NCBI GenBank assembly: GCA_050250895.1
Contig: JBFWNU010000012.1
Location: 32,001 to 96,000 of the forward strand
Origin: Vulcanimicrobiota bacterium
GTDB taxonomy: Bacteria; Vulcanimicrobiota; Xenobia; Xenobiales; JADMJV01
DNA length: 64,000 bases
Reading direction: 5' to 3'
Part shown: one piece after another, positions 38,649 through 48,768 of the stretch
How positions within the stretch are numbered: the stretch's first letter is position 1
Layout of the letters: every line of letters begins with the position of its first letter
The notes under the pieces: generated by a model
Seen by the model: only the letters and a program-made list of their open reading frames with translations
Told to the model about the DNA's origin: nothing
Databases searched by the model: none
Program-made: the position numbers and the translations under genes

Positions 38649-39520
38649 TGGAAGCCCTGCAAATCGTTTTCGACAGCGTCACCAACATGGGCAAGGCCTT
38701 TCTGGCCACCCTTCCCAAGTTGCTCATCGCTCTTGGAGTGGTGTGTTTCACCTGGCTGGTCGTCCGCCTGGCCACTCGCGCCATGGAAAAGGCCATGGAC
38801 AAGGTCAAGATGCGAGACTCACTGCAAGACCTGTTCAAGAAGTTGGCTGGCGGGCTAATCTGGTCCATCGGTCTGATGTTGGCCGGTTCGGTGGTCTTCC
38901 CCGAACTCACGCCAGCGAAGATCCTCACGGTCCTGGGTCTTGGTTCGGTGGCCATCGGTTTCGCCTTCAAGGACGTGTTCGAAAACTTCCTGGCCGGGGT
39001 TTTAATCCTGCTGCGCGAGCCTTTCCGCCTGGGAGATTTTATCGAGGTCGACGGCTACGTCGGCAAGGTCGAGGAGGTTACCATCCGCGATACTCACGTG
39101 CGCCAGTCGGACGGGCAGCGCGTGGTGTTGCCGAACGCCATGCTGTTCAAGAACGCGGTCACCGTCATCACCGACCTGCCTGTGCGCCGGACTACCATTA
39201 CCTGCGGGGTCGGCTATGGCGAGGACGTGGCTAAAGCTCGCCAGGTCATCATGGACGCCGTTCAGGCTTGTGATCAGGTGCTTGACGATCGGCCCGTGCA
39301 GATTTATGCCAGGGAATTCGGCTCGAGCAGCATCGACTTCGAGGTGACCTGGTGGACCCAATCGCCGCCTGGCGCCATTCGTAAGTCGCGCGACCAGGTT
39401 GTCGAGAAAGTCAAGCGGGCGCTTGACGCGGCCAACATAGAGATCCCTTTCCCTTACCGCACTCTCACCTTCGCCGAAGGACTCGAACTCGCCAAACCGC
39501 GAGAGATGGTGAGGAACTAG
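38648..39520 (+). CDS. mscS: Small-conductance mechanosensitive channel
   Basis: GFAFKD..N.LAG..PF..GD.IE, LPN. Confidence 0.9.
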   Translation: MEALQIVFDSVTNMGKAFLATLPKLLIALGVVCFTWLVVRLATRAMEKAMDKVKMRDSLQDLFKKLAGGLIWSIGLMLAGSVVFPELTPAKILTVLGLGSVAIGFAFKDVFENFLAGVLILLREPFRLGDFIEVDGYVGKVEEVTIRDTHVRQSDGQRVVLPNAMLFKNAVTVITDLPVRRTTITCGVGYGEDVAKARQVIMDAVQACDQVLDDRPVQIYAREFGSSSIDFEVTWWTQSPPGAIRKSRDQVVEKVKRALDAANIEIPFPYRTLTFAEGLELAKPREMVRN

Positions 39521-39904
39521 GTGGGGCGACCGTCCATCCAGATGGTGGTCGTGCCGCTCGAAGACTCTCCCGACATGGCCGATGTGGTGCGCCAGGCAGC
39601 CGGATTCGCGGCGGTGTTCGGGGCCCGCGTGGGACTGGTCCAAGCGACGGCGGAGTCTTTGTCCCACGCCACTGATCGCTATCTCGAAGCGGCCCGGGCA
39701 GAAGGCTGTTCGGCCGAGGTTCACCGCTGTGACGCAGAGATCGCCACGGCCACCCTGAGAACCATCGAAGCCACTTCGGCCGACCTGCTCGTGCTCAATC
39801 GGTTGGGCTCTCTGGTCGAGAGACTGACCCATCATAGCCATTTGACGATTTTGCTGGTCAACCCCCGGGTTCGACCAGCCCAAGCCCAGGCCCGTGGGGC
39901 CTGA
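39521..39904 (+). CDS. Degenerate USP-like protein
   Basis: VVVPLEDS..ADLLV..GS.VE.L..ILLV. Confidence 0.6.
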   Translation: MGRPSIQMVVVPLEDSPDMADVVRQAAGFAAVFGARVGLVQATAESLSHATDRYLEAARAEGCSAEVHRCDAEIATATLRTIEATSADLLVLNRLGSLVERLTHHSHLTILLVNPRVRPAQAQARGA

Positions 39905-39930
39905 AACAAAAGTTTCCTAAGGAGGAACCT

Positions 39931-40518
39931 ATGACTAAGAAAACCCCAATTATGATCAAAGAGACGATCTACGCTCGCTTTAGCGACGTGGAAATGGCCA
40001 AGAAGGCTATCGGCGCCCTGCTCGATACGGGACTCGAACCCGAACTCATTTCGCTGGTGACGAAGAACTCGGTGAAGCCCGAGAAAGTCGAAGACGCCGA
40101 GGAAGTCAAGCAGAGCGCGGCTAAAGGCGTGACCACCACCACCCCCGAGGACGCTGGAGAAGGCGCCGCCAAGGGCGCGCTGATCGGCCTCGGCCTGGGT
40201 GAGCTAGCTTTGATAGCCACTCTATTCATTCCCGGCGTGGGCTTCGTCACCGGTGGCGGAGCTCTGGTTACCGCTCTAGGGGCGGCCGTTGGAACCGCCG
40301 CAGCCGGAGCCGTAACCGGTGGCGTGGTGGGCTACCTGCGTGAGCAGGGGGTCCCATCTGACATCGCCAGCGATTACGAACGGGCCATCGAAGAGGGCGG
40401 CGCCATGTTGGCCATCGATATTCCCGACGAGCCCGAACTTCGGACCGCCAACGTCGTTCGACTGCTGCAGAAATACGATGCCGACAAGGTCGGCAACTAC
40501 GCGGCTGCTATCAAGTAA
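39931..40518 (+). CDS. General stress protein (YflT-like, Gly-zipper membrane segment)
   Basis: SD AAGGAGG; GA..GA.IG..IPG.G..GG..G.L...GV..YE..I..G. Confidence 0.75.
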   Translation: MTKKTPIMIKETIYARFSDVEMAKKAIGALLDTGLEPELISLVTKNSVKPEKVEDAEEVKQSAAKGVTTTTPEDAGEGAAKGALIGLGLGELALIATLFIPGVGFVTGGGALVTALGAAVGTAAAGAVTGGVVGYLREQGVPSDIASDYERAIEEGGAMLAIDIPDEPELRTANVVRLLQKYDADKVGNYAAAIK

Positions 40519-40530
40519 AGGAGGGCGCCA

Positions 40531-41604
40531 ATGCTCAATTTGACCATGAAGCGGATCGAGGAGCTTAATCGCCCTCAAACCGAGGTTTGTATCTCACTCT
40601 ACTGTCCCCTCGAGCGCGGCGATGAGGGGCGCCAGAACCCCATCCGGCTAAAAAACCTGCGAGCCAGAGCCCGCAAGTTGATCGAAGGGGCCGGCCATGA
40701 CCCGGCCCTGGCCGAAAACTGGCTCGAACCCATCGATGATTTGCTCGACCGCAATCCTCGGGTGAGCGGTGTGGCCGGCAGCCTGGCCTTCTTTCTAGGC
40801 GGCTCCGAGCCCCGCACTCTGGTGGTGCCCGGCTCGGTGCCGGAAGAGGTCCGCCTCGGTTCCAGCTTCTGGCTGGCGCCGTTGCTGGAGGCGGCCGACC
40901 GCACCTGGCGTTATCTGGCCGTCACCATCAGCCAGAACCAGGTCCGGCTGTTCTTCGGCGATCCCTATCACGTCCAGCAAGTCGACCCGCCCAAAGGCAT
41001 GCCGACCAGCCTGGACGAGGTGATCGTGTGGGAGAAATCTGCCGGTCTTAACACTGGCCAACTCTACTCTAATCGACCCTCCAGTAGCCCGGTGGGCAGT
41101 GCCCACGGACGCAATCCGAGCGGCCATGTTCACGAAGAGTTTCTGGCCCGCTTCCTGAGACAGGTGGCGCGAGGACTGGAAGAGATGCTGGCCCATAGCG
41201 TGGTTCCCGTGGTGCTGGTTGGGGTCAAAGAACTGACCGCAGCCCTGGTGGAGGAACTGGAACTGGAGACACCGGTTCTCGAGGTGCATGGCAACTTCGA
41301 CCATAAGGGACCAGAGGGGATCCACAGCCTGGTGTGGGAACCCGTGCGGCGCCTGGCCGACGAGCGTCAAGACGAGTTGCGTCGCTTGCTCGACGAGACC
41401 CCGCCCAACTTGTTGGCCACCCGCCTGGACGAGCTGAGCGAGGCGGCCCAGCAGGGTCGGATAGAACGCATGCTGGTAGCGCGAGGCTGCCATCAAGACT
41501 CGGTCGAGGCAAGCGCCCTGCAGACGCTCAAGCACTCTGGGGAGGTCTCGTTCGTCGAACCAGATGCGCTGGCTACGCCGGCGGTAGCCATTCTGCGGTA
41601 CTAG
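40531..41604 (+). CDS. baeRF (bacterial archaeo-eukaryotic release factor-like) protein
   Basis: ISLY.P..N.IRLKN, F..QV..L..PVVL.G, AA..GRIE, AAILRY-type end. Confidence 0.75.
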   Translation: MLNLTMKRIEELNRPQTEVCISLYCPLERGDEGRQNPIRLKNLRARARKLIEGAGHDPALAENWLEPIDDLLDRNPRVSGVAGSLAFFLGGSEPRTLVVPGSVPEEVRLGSSFWLAPLLEAADRTWRYLAVTISQNQVRLFFGDPYHVQQVDPPKGMPTSLDEVIVWEKSAGLNTGQLYSNRPSSSPVGSAHGRNPSGHVHEEFLARFLRQVARGLEEMLAHSVVPVVLVGVKELTAALVEELELETPVLEVHGNFDHKGPEGIHSLVWEPVRRLADERQDELRRLLDETPPNLLATRLDELSEAAQQGRIERMLVARGCHQDSVEASALQTLKHSGEVSFVEPDALATPAVAILRY

Positions 41605-43128
41605 GTGACCGCCCAGATTTGGCTGGTCGCATGTATCCTGCTGGTGGGCTTGATTTTGCTCATCACGGACCTGCTGCGAGCCGATCTGGTGGCTCTGCTC
41701 ATCATGAGCGCCGTCATGGTGACCGGCCTGGCGACGCCCGGCGAAGCCCTGGCAGGGTTTGCCAATCCCGCCACCATCACGGTGGCGGGAATGTTCATTT
41801 TAAGCGCCGGACTGGATAGCACCGGCGCGCTGGGGCCACTTTGCCGTCTGGTCACCGGCTGGGTCCGAGAACGCGGTCCCCGTATGGCCTTGCTCCCCGT
41901 CCTGTTGCTGGTGGGCTTTCTGTCGGCCTTTATCAACAACACCGCGGCGGTGGCGATCTTTCTTCCCATTATCATGGTGGCCACTCAAAATGTCCCTCGT
42001 AGCCCCTCCAAGTTTCTCATGCCGCTTTCGTTCGTGGCCATGTTGGGAGGGCTGGTCACCTTGATCGGCACCAGCACCAACCTGCTGGTTGACGGTATCG
42101 CTCGCCAACACGGAGTGGCGCCGTTCGGTCTGTTTGACTTCGCGCCCCTGGGCCTGGTGATGCTGGCGGCGGGTATGGTCTATCTGGTCACCATCGGTTA
42201 CGGCCTGGTACCCGAGCGGCGCCATCCCCGTACCCTGGGGGACGAGTTCGGTCTGGAACCACATTCCGAGGACGGCGACACCGTGCTGGTCGAGGCGGGT
42301 ATCGCCTCGCCCATGGAAGGGACGACCCTCGACCGAGAGGGTATCGAGCGGCGCTTTGGAGCTCGGGCTCTGGCCGTTCGCCGGCAAGGCAGAACCCGCT
42401 ACCAGGGCCTGGGCGAAGTGCCACTCAAGGGCGGTGACACCGTGCTCTTCCGGGTCCTCAAGGATCACCTGGCGAACCTTCGCCAGAGTCCCATGTTTCT
42501 TCTGCTCTCGGACCACCAATCGCCGTCGCAAAACAGTCGAGCGAGGCCCTGGGTGGCGGGCGCCATCCTGGTGCTGGTAGTGTTGTTAGCGGCCGCCGAG
42601 CTCTTGCCCATCGTGGTTTGCGCCACCGTGGGAGCTCTGGCCATGGTGCTCACGGGTTGTCTGCGGGCCGACGAAGCCTATCGAGCCGTCGACTGGAAGG
42701 TCATCACCTTGCTGGCCGGAATGTTGAGTCTCGACGCCGCTCTCGAATCGACCGGAGCGACGGCCCTGCTGGCTCACCACGCTCTCGCCTGGCTACAGTC
42801 CTGCGGGCCTCGCACGATCCTGGCTATTCTCTATGTGATGGGCACGCTGCTCACGGCCGTTTTGTCAAACAACGCCACCGCCGTGCTGCTGGCCCCGCTG
42901 GCCATCACCATCGCCGACCAACTGTCGTTGGACCCCAGGCCCTTCCTGGTGGCAGTAGCGTTCTCGGCCTCAGCCTGCTTTTCTAGTCCACTAGGCTATC
43001 AGACCAACCTCATGATCTACGGACCGGGACGCTTTACGTTCCTCGACTTCGTCCGGGTAGGTTTGCCTCTGAACCTGATTCTGCTGGGATTGTCGGTCTG
43101 GCTGATTCCGGTCACATTTCCGTTCTAG
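41605..43128 (+). CDS. SLC13/CitMHS transporter with TrkA-C domain
   Basis: SAFINNTA, TLIGTSTNLL, SNNATA, SPLGYQTN. Confidence 0.9.
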   Translation: MTAQIWLVACILLVGLILLITDLLRADLVALLIMSAVMVTGLATPGEALAGFANPATITVAGMFILSAGLDSTGALGPLCRLVTGWVRERGPRMALLPVLLLVGFLSAFINNTAAVAIFLPIIMVATQNVPRSPSKFLMPLSFVAMLGGLVTLIGTSTNLLVDGIARQHGVAPFGLFDFAPLGLVMLAAGMVYLVTIGYGLVPERRHPRTLGDEFGLEPHSEDGDTVLVEAGIASPMEGTTLDREGIERRFGARALAVRRQGRTRYQGLGEVPLKGGDTVLFRVLKDHLANLRQSPMFLLLSDHQSPSQNSRARPWVAGAILVLVVLLAAAELLPIVVCATVGALAMVLTGCLRADEAYRAVDWKVITLLAGMLSLDAALESTGATALLAHHALAWLQSCGPRTILAILYVMGTLLTAVLSNNATAVLLAPLAITIADQLSLDPRPFLVAVAFSASACFSSPLGYQTNLMIYGPGRFTFLDFVRVGLPLNLILLGLSVWLIPVTFPF

Positions 43129-44984
43129 GCGTACATCGCCTCGATGATCTCCGCGAAGCGTTCATTGACCACGCGGCGTTTGACCTTCAGCGTGGGGGTG
43201 AGTTCGCCCGTGTCCTGGCTGAGTTCTTTCGGCAGGATCGCGATCTTCTTGACCTGTTCGTAACCAGAGAACTCCTCGCAGGTGCGCTGGCACTCTTTCA
43301 TCAGCAGCGTCACCAGTTTGTCGTCCTTGACCATCTCTTCAGGCTTGGTCGACACGCCGTTCTCGGCGGCCCAGCCCTGGAGCGACTCGAAGCTGGGCAC
43401 GACCAGGGCGGCGATGAATTTGCGGTTGTCGCCGATAAGAACGGCCTGCTCGATATACTTGCTGGACTTGATGGCCTGCTCGATCGGCTGGGGGGCCACG
43501 TTCTTGCCGTTAGACATCACCAGGATCTCTTTCTTGCGGTCGGTGATGCGCAGGTAGTTGTCCGCGTCGAACTCGCCGATGTCGCCGGTGTGGAACCAGC
43601 CCTCGGGGTTGATCGATTCTTTGGTGGCGTCAGGTTTGTTGAAGTAGCCTCGCATCACGTGCGGGCCGCGGGTGAGGATTTCGCCATCGTCGGCGATCTT
43701 GACCTCGACGTGCGAGATCAGTTTGCCGACGGTGCCCATCTTGGGGTGGGAAGGCGGATTCATGGTGATGACCGGGCTGGTCTCGGTGAGGCCGTAGCCT
43801 TCGATGAGGTTAAAGCCGGCCGATAGGAAGAATTCGCCCACATCGGCCCGTAAAGGGGCGCCCCCCGAGACGAACAGGCGAATGTTGCCGCCGGTGCGGG
43901 CGTGGATTTTGGACAAAACGAGTTTGTGAGCCAGCTTGTATTTAAGCTTGAGCCCGCCGGGAACCGGCCCCTTCACGCGCGCCTCGAAATAGGCTTTGCC
44001 GACCTTGATAGCCCAGTAGAACATGCGGCGCTTCATGTTGAGGTCTTCTTGCACCTTGGCCAGGATGCCGGCGTGGATTTTTTCGAACAGTCGCGGCACG
44101 CTGGGCACGATGTGAGGACGCACCTCGACGAGATTGTCGCGCACCGTATCGATGCTCTCGGCGTAGGCAATGGTGGCGCCCGCCCCGGTCATGGCATAGT
44201 AGACCACCCGTTCGAACACGTGCGACAGAGGCAAGAACGACAGTTCGACATCGCCCGGACGCACGTCGATATGCGGCAGCACCGAGGTACAGTTCGACAC
44301 GAAATTGCCGTGCATCAGCATGGCGCCCTTGGGGTCGCCGGTGGTGCCTGAGGTATAGACCAGGCTGCACACGTCGGTGGCTTCGATCGCGCTGATGCGC
44401 TTTTCCAGCTCGTCCTTGAACTTGTCGTCGTTCTCTTTGCCATAGTCGAGAAACTCTTGCCAATCCCATAGCTTCTTCTGGCTGGTGCTCTTGCCCTTGG
44501 GGGCGATGGTTACGATGTGCTCGAGAGCCGGGAGATTCTGTTCGACCGAGAGGATGTCCTTGAGATGGCTCTCGGTAGCAGCCACCACCACCCGAGCACC
44601 TGAATCTTTGAGGATGTATTCGATGGCGTCGTCGGATAGGGTCGGATAAAGAGGAGCGTTCACGCAAGCGGCGTGCATGATGCCCAGGTCAGAGATGACC
44701 CACTCAGGGCGATTATTGGAGATGAGCCCAACCCGGTCCTTGGGTTCGAGGCCGACGGCCAGCAAAGCGCAGGCGAGGTGATGCACCTTCTCCTGGACCT
44801 GTTTATAGGTCTGGTAGGTGTAGGTGTCCCCTTTTTTCTCGCCCAGGAAGCGTTCGTTGGGGTGCTTGGCCACGGTCGCCCGAAACAACTCGGGGATGGT
44901 CTTGATGGCGGCCTGTTCGGCCCATTTGGCGACCGGCTCGGCGTTATACGAGGATTCGAAGGCAGAAGCCATGGTGTGACTCAC
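43125..44984 (-). CDS. Long-chain fatty acid--CoA ligase
   Basis: YTSGTTGDPKG, EGYGLTE, TGDIG, ELTPTLKVKR. Confidence 0.93.
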   Translation of the reverse strand: MSHTMASAFESSYNAEPVAKWAEQAAIKTIPELFRATVAKHPNERFLGEKKGDTYTYQTYKQVQEKVHHLACALLAVGLEPKDRVGLISNNRPEWVISDLGIMHAACVNAPLYPTLSDDAIEYILKDSGARVVVAATESHLKDILSVEQNLPALEHIVTIAPKGKSTSQKKLWDWQEFLDYGKENDDKFKDELEKRISAIEATDVCSLVYTSGTTGDPKGAMLMHGNFVSNCTSVLPHIDVRPGDVELSFLPLSHVFERVVYYAMTGAGATIAYAESIDTVRDNLVEVRPHIVPSVPRLFEKIHAGILAKVQEDLNMKRRMFYWAIKVGKAYFEARVKGPVPGGLKLKYKLAHKLVLSKIHARTGGNIRLFVSGGAPLRADVGEFFLSAGFNLIEGYGLTETSPVITMNPPSHPKMGTVGKLISHVEVKIADDGEILTRGPHVMRGYFNKPDATKESINPEGWFHTGDIGEFDADNYLRITDRKKEILVMSNGKNVAPQPIEQAIKSSKYIEQAVLIGDNRKFIAALVVPSFESLQGWAAENGVSTKPEEMVKDDKLVTLLMKECQRTCEEFSGYEQVKKIAILPKELSQDTGELTPTLKVKRRVVNERFAEIIEAMYA

Positions 44985-44992
44985 TTTCTATT

Positions 44993-45646
44993 TCAGCTCA
45001 ACTTTCGGAATTTGAAGGCCACCCGGCCAAAACAGACTTCGTCTTGATCTTCGAGGGTCTTCTGCAAGCCTTTTTCGAGCTTGGCCCCGTTGACGTAAGT
45101 TCCATTGCTGCTGCCGTGGTCCTCGAGGACCACGAACGTGCTGTCCCGTAAGATGACGGCGTGGCGTCTGGAGACTGACCCTGCGCTGTCGTAGGGCGTC
45201 AGATCGACCTCGGGCTCGATGCCGTCGGCGCGACTGAGACGGCCTACTTCATTCCGGTCGACACGCAGTTCGATCGGAGACCCTCCCTCGCAGGGCTCAA
45301 GTCTGGCAAAAGCTTTGGGTGGAGGCGGCGGGGCCGGCGGCGGTGGGGGAGCAGGAGCTGGACGCGCCTGGGGTCGAGGCGGGGGGGCGGCGGCCCGTGG
45401 GGGAGGGGCCGCCTGGCGCGGTGGCGCGGCCGGCGCGGGACGCGCCGGAGCGGGGGCCGGCGCAGGCGCTGCCGTGGGTCGTGGGGCCGGCATGGGAGGG
45501 ATGGAAGGCCTGGGCGGGGGCGCCGGCCGAGGGGGCGGTGACGAGGCGAGCGCCTTCAATTTGGCAGCCTTCTTGAGATCGAATCCGCATTTTTCGCAAA
45601 AGTTCGAGCCGTGAAGGTTTTGGTAGGAACAGTTAGGGCATTCCAT
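44993..45646 (-). CDS. Zinc-ribbon + Pro-rich linker + FHA-domain protein
   Basis: CPNC..CEKC; GR..SRRHA..SSNGTYVNG. Confidence 0.9.
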   Translation of the reverse strand: MECPNCSYQNLHGSNFCEKCGFDLKKAAKLKALASSPPPRPAPPPRPSIPPMPAPRPTAAPAPAPAPARPAPAAPPRQAAPPPRAAAPPPRPQARPAPAPPPPPAPPPPPKAFARLEPCEGGSPIELRVDRNEVGRLSRADGIEPEVDLTPYDSAGSVSRRHAVILRDSTFVVLEDHGSSNGTYVNGAKLEKGLQKTLEDQDEVCFGRVAFKFRKLS

Positions 45647-45758
45647 CTGATGACGCCTCCCGCAGGCCTGTTCTCCGCCAGGCTTTTCGCTCCTTCTAAA
45701 GGCTTTGACGGCCGGTCACCGCGGTGCTATGATGGGTGGGTTTTTTGGAGGAGTTTTT

Positions 45759-47612
45759 GTGAGCAAACCGTGCCGTGGGGCATTCACGATACTGTGCCTT
45801 CTGGGATTGATGGCGCCGGCCTGGGCGCAACTTCCGGCCGAGAGCGAGATGGCCCTGAGCGGGCGGCTGGCCCCCCCAGGCACGACTCTCGACCAGACCT
45901 ATCAACGCTTGATGAAATATCCGCTCTTTCGTCTGGCTCGCGACACTTTCGAGCAAGAACTCGGGGTGCGAATCTCGGAGGACGTGCTGAGCTGGCTGGG
46001 CGGTGAGGTTCACATAGCCATCGTGCGCAGTGGCGAAGAGTCGCCTCTATCGCGCTATGCTCGCCGCACCAACTTGCGCAGAGACTATGACCGGGTCATT
46101 TCTGAGGTGGGTCGGGTCGGCAATGCCATCGAAGACTACCAACGGGAAAACGACAAGCTTCCCGAGAGTCTCGAGGTGCTCGAGCCAGACTATCTCTACA
46201 GCCCGGTGGATGTGCCCGAGGGGGTCAGCTTTCTTTACACGGTCACCCCCGAGGGCGGCTTTCGCGTGCGCACCGTGTTTGACCCAGAGGCGACCGTGGC
46301 GCAGGCCGGACCCGCTCCTGTCTATGAAGACGGCCTGATCGAGCCCAGTTACGGCAATTTCGAGATTGGTCCCCTCGACTTTCTGCTCGAGATCGAGCTC
46401 AAGGACCCCGAGGCCGCCAAGCAGGGATTGGGTCGACTGTTCGGGCCCGCGGTGGACGGCTTCTGGCGCAGCCCTGATGCCGACTTCGCGCTGATCATGA
46501 CGATTCGAGGCAAGTGGCTGTTGGTGGCTGACAGCCCCGAGGCCATGACGGCCGGGGCCAGGGCACTGACGGGTCCGGGGCTAGAAGCGCTGCCCGAGTA
46601 TGTCAAGGCCCGCCAGAGCGTGCTCTTGCGTCCCGACGCGTTTGGATTTATCAACTTCAAAGCGATTCTCGCTCACTGGCGGGCCGATACACCCCCTCCG
46701 CCCATGGTCGAGTTCGTGCGGGCGGCGCCCTGGTTGGCCGTCGCTTCTCGGTATACGCCCGATGAGGTGGATGCCGAAATCCTGCTAGCCCTGGAGTTGC
46801 CTGCCGACGGTCCCTTGAGTGAACTGTCGAGCCTCCACGGTCAGCGCCATCCGTTCAGCCTTTTCGAGGTAGCCCCCTGGGACTCGGCCAACCTGTTGGT
46901 GGTTGACGCTCGCAAGCTCTATGAACTGGTCGAGATCGCCTCGCATCTCGACCCCATGATTGGCGGTCTTTCCGCGGCCTTCTTCGAGCACGGCGAGCAG
47001 ATGGCCGGTTTCAACCTGGTGGAGTGGTTGCAGAGCGGGGGAGAACTGCTGGTCAGCTATGAGCGTATCGACGTGCTGGCTGCGGCTCTGGCGACCTGGT
47101 TTGGTCGCGGCTCTCAGATGCCGTTTCCCGTCACGCTGGCGGCGCGCTTCCCCTCCACCGAGGCGCGGGCTGCCGCCCTGGACCGCCTCAGCGGCTTCTT
47201 CGAGGACGAACCCGAGACCTATCCTCTGGCCGGCGTCACCGTTCACCGCAGCCTCGGCCAGGACCTGGCCTTCTGTGAAGCGGGCGAGAACGTGTTGTTC
47301 AGCGCCGGCGGGACCTATCGACTGCTCGAGCAAATGCTGCTTGCCTCGAGCGGCAAGAAGGCCCCCGTCGCCAGTCTGGATTCGTTCAAGGCCTTCCAGG
47401 CCTCGGCCCAGGGCACCCAGCTACTGGTCAGCCACCAGAAGGTGGATTGGATCTACTCCGTGCTCAAGGGCGTAGTCCTCTTGCTGGGGGCCGAGTTTCG
47501 CCCCGAGGCCGTCGAATTGGGACGCTTTCGCGACCACTACATGGACATCTCCATCGAGCCGACCGGCCTGCGGGTGCGCAGTAACATCTATGCCACGGAG
47601 CAGTCGTTTTGA
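45759..47612 (+). CDS. Exported DUF3352-like protein with a pseudopilin-like insertion
   Basis: SD GGAGGAG, signal peptide, DVLSWLGGE, AIEDY..LP.SL..L.PDYL. Confidence 0.6.
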   Translation: MSKPCRGAFTILCLLGLMAPAWAQLPAESEMALSGRLAPPGTTLDQTYQRLMKYPLFRLARDTFEQELGVRISEDVLSWLGGEVHIAIVRSGEESPLSRYARRTNLRRDYDRVISEVGRVGNAIEDYQRENDKLPESLEVLEPDYLYSPVDVPEGVSFLYTVTPEGGFRVRTVFDPEATVAQAGPAPVYEDGLIEPSYGNFEIGPLDFLLEIELKDPEAAKQGLGRLFGPAVDGFWRSPDADFALIMTIRGKWLLVADSPEAMTAGARALTGPGLEALPEYVKARQSVLLRPDAFGFINFKAILAHWRADTPPPPMVEFVRAAPWLAVASRYTPDEVDAEILLALELPADGPLSELSSLHGQRHPFSLFEVAPWDSANLLVVDARKLYELVEIASHLDPMIGGLSAAFFEHGEQMAGFNLVEWLQSGGELLVSYERIDVLAAALATWFGRGSQMPFPVTLAARFPSTEARAAALDRLSGFFEDEPETYPLAGVTVHRSLGQDLAFCEAGENVLFSAGGTYRLLEQMLLASSGKKAPVASLDSFKAFQASAQGTQLLVSHQKVDWIYSVLKGVVLLLGAEFRPEAVELGRFRDHYMDISIEPTGLRVRSNIYATEQSF

Positions 47613-48151
47613 CCGAGATCATCAATCTGACGGCCGAGCACGCCGAAGAGGTGGAGCGCCTGGCCCAAAGCCACTACCCCGCTCCTTACCAGATGTCGCT
47701 CGAGGAGATCACCGAGAATCTCGAGGGTCTCCAGAGTGACGATGGCAATTTTTGCTTCGGGGTGGTCGAAGAAGGCAAGCTGGTCGGTTACTTCATGGCC
47801 TGGCTCGACAACAGTCTGGTCGAGGGCCGAGCCGAAGACGTGGTCCTGGTCGACGACGTGGTTCTGTCTCAGAAGGCCCGACGCCACCTGTTTGCCCTGC
47901 TCAAGGCCATGCTCGAGGCCATGGAAGAGGCGGGCCTGGGCGGGTTGCCCATCGAGGGCACGGTGCGCAAGACGGCCGAAGAGACTTTCGCGAACCATCC
48001 CCAGGCGATCGAGCGGTTGGGCTATCAGTTGGTGGCCAGCCACGAGTACGATGACAATTCGCTGGGGGAATCGCTGGTCTGGCTTCGCTTCGAGCCCTAC
48101 GCCGAGAAAGAGGCGGTCATCGACCAGACCGACATGGTGGAGTTGGGATGA
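47609..48151 (+). CDS. GNAT-fold-like hypothetical protein
   Basis: GVVEEGKLVGYF, VDDVV, RLGY; TTGA overlap. Confidence 0.6.
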   Translation: MTEIINLTAEHAEEVERLAQSHYPAPYQMSLEEITENLEGLQSDDGNFCFGVVEEGKLVGYFMAWLDNSLVEGRAEDVVLVDDVVLSQKARRHLFALLKAMLEAMEEAGLGGLPIEGTVRKTAEETFANHPQAIERLGYQLVASHEYDDNSLGESLVWLRFEPYAEKEAVIDQTDMVELG

Positions 48152-48768
48152 ATCGACTCGTGGTCTTCGACCTCGACGGGGTCCTCATCAACTCTGAGGA
48201 GGCCAACTATCAGGCCTTTGCCCACGGTCTCGAGCAGCTGGGCTACCGCCCCGAACGGGCGGCCGTGATCGGCCTGGTAGGTCTGCCAGCGCTGACTATG
48301 CTCGAGCGCCTGGGTTGTCCGCCGGACCGGTGCCTCGACATCTTCGAGGGCTTCGTGAAGCCATACTACCTCGAGAACCTGCCGGAGCAGACCTCGGCGA
48401 TGGAGGGGGCGGCCGACGTATTGGCCGAACTCAAAGGCCGGGGCTATCGCATCGGCTCTTGCACCTCGGGCGACCTGGTGACGCAGCGCCAGGCTCTCAC
48501 CAGCATCGGCCTGTGGGACTTTATCGAAGAGATCCAGACTCCGTGCCAGTCGCGCTATGGCAAGCCCGACCCTCGCTATCTAGCCGAGCTGGTCGAACGC
48601 TTCGGGCCCAGTCGGGTGACTCACGTCGAGGACTCTGAAGTCGGTCTTCGCATGGGCCGCGACTTTGGGGCTCGTACGGTGTTCGCGCGGTACGGCTACG
48701 GCCAGCTCACGGTCGAGAATCCGGACCACCAGATCGAGCGCTTGAGCGACCTGTTAGCCCTGCTCTAG
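48148..48768 (+). CDS. HAD-family phosphatase
   Basis: FDLDGVL, KPDP, EDS. Confidence 0.9.
   Translation: MNRLVVFDLDGVLINSEEANYQAFAHGLEQLGYRPERAAVIGLVGLPALTMLERLGCPPDRCLDIFEGFVKPYYLENLPEQTSAMEGAADVLAELKGRGYRIGSCTSGDLVTQRQALTSIGLWDFIEEIQTPCQSRYGKPDPRYLAELVERFGPSRVTHVEDSEVGLRMGRDFGARTVFARYGYGQLTVENPDHQIERLSDLLALL

Noticed and set aside
39518-41607. Genome-wide TAG reassignment
   Set aside because: Many conserved proteins end at TAG at their expected C-termini, and a baeRF-SLC13 fusion is implausible
45310-45545. GC-rich repetitive DNA
   Set aside because: Encodes the Pro/Ala linker of the FHA protein
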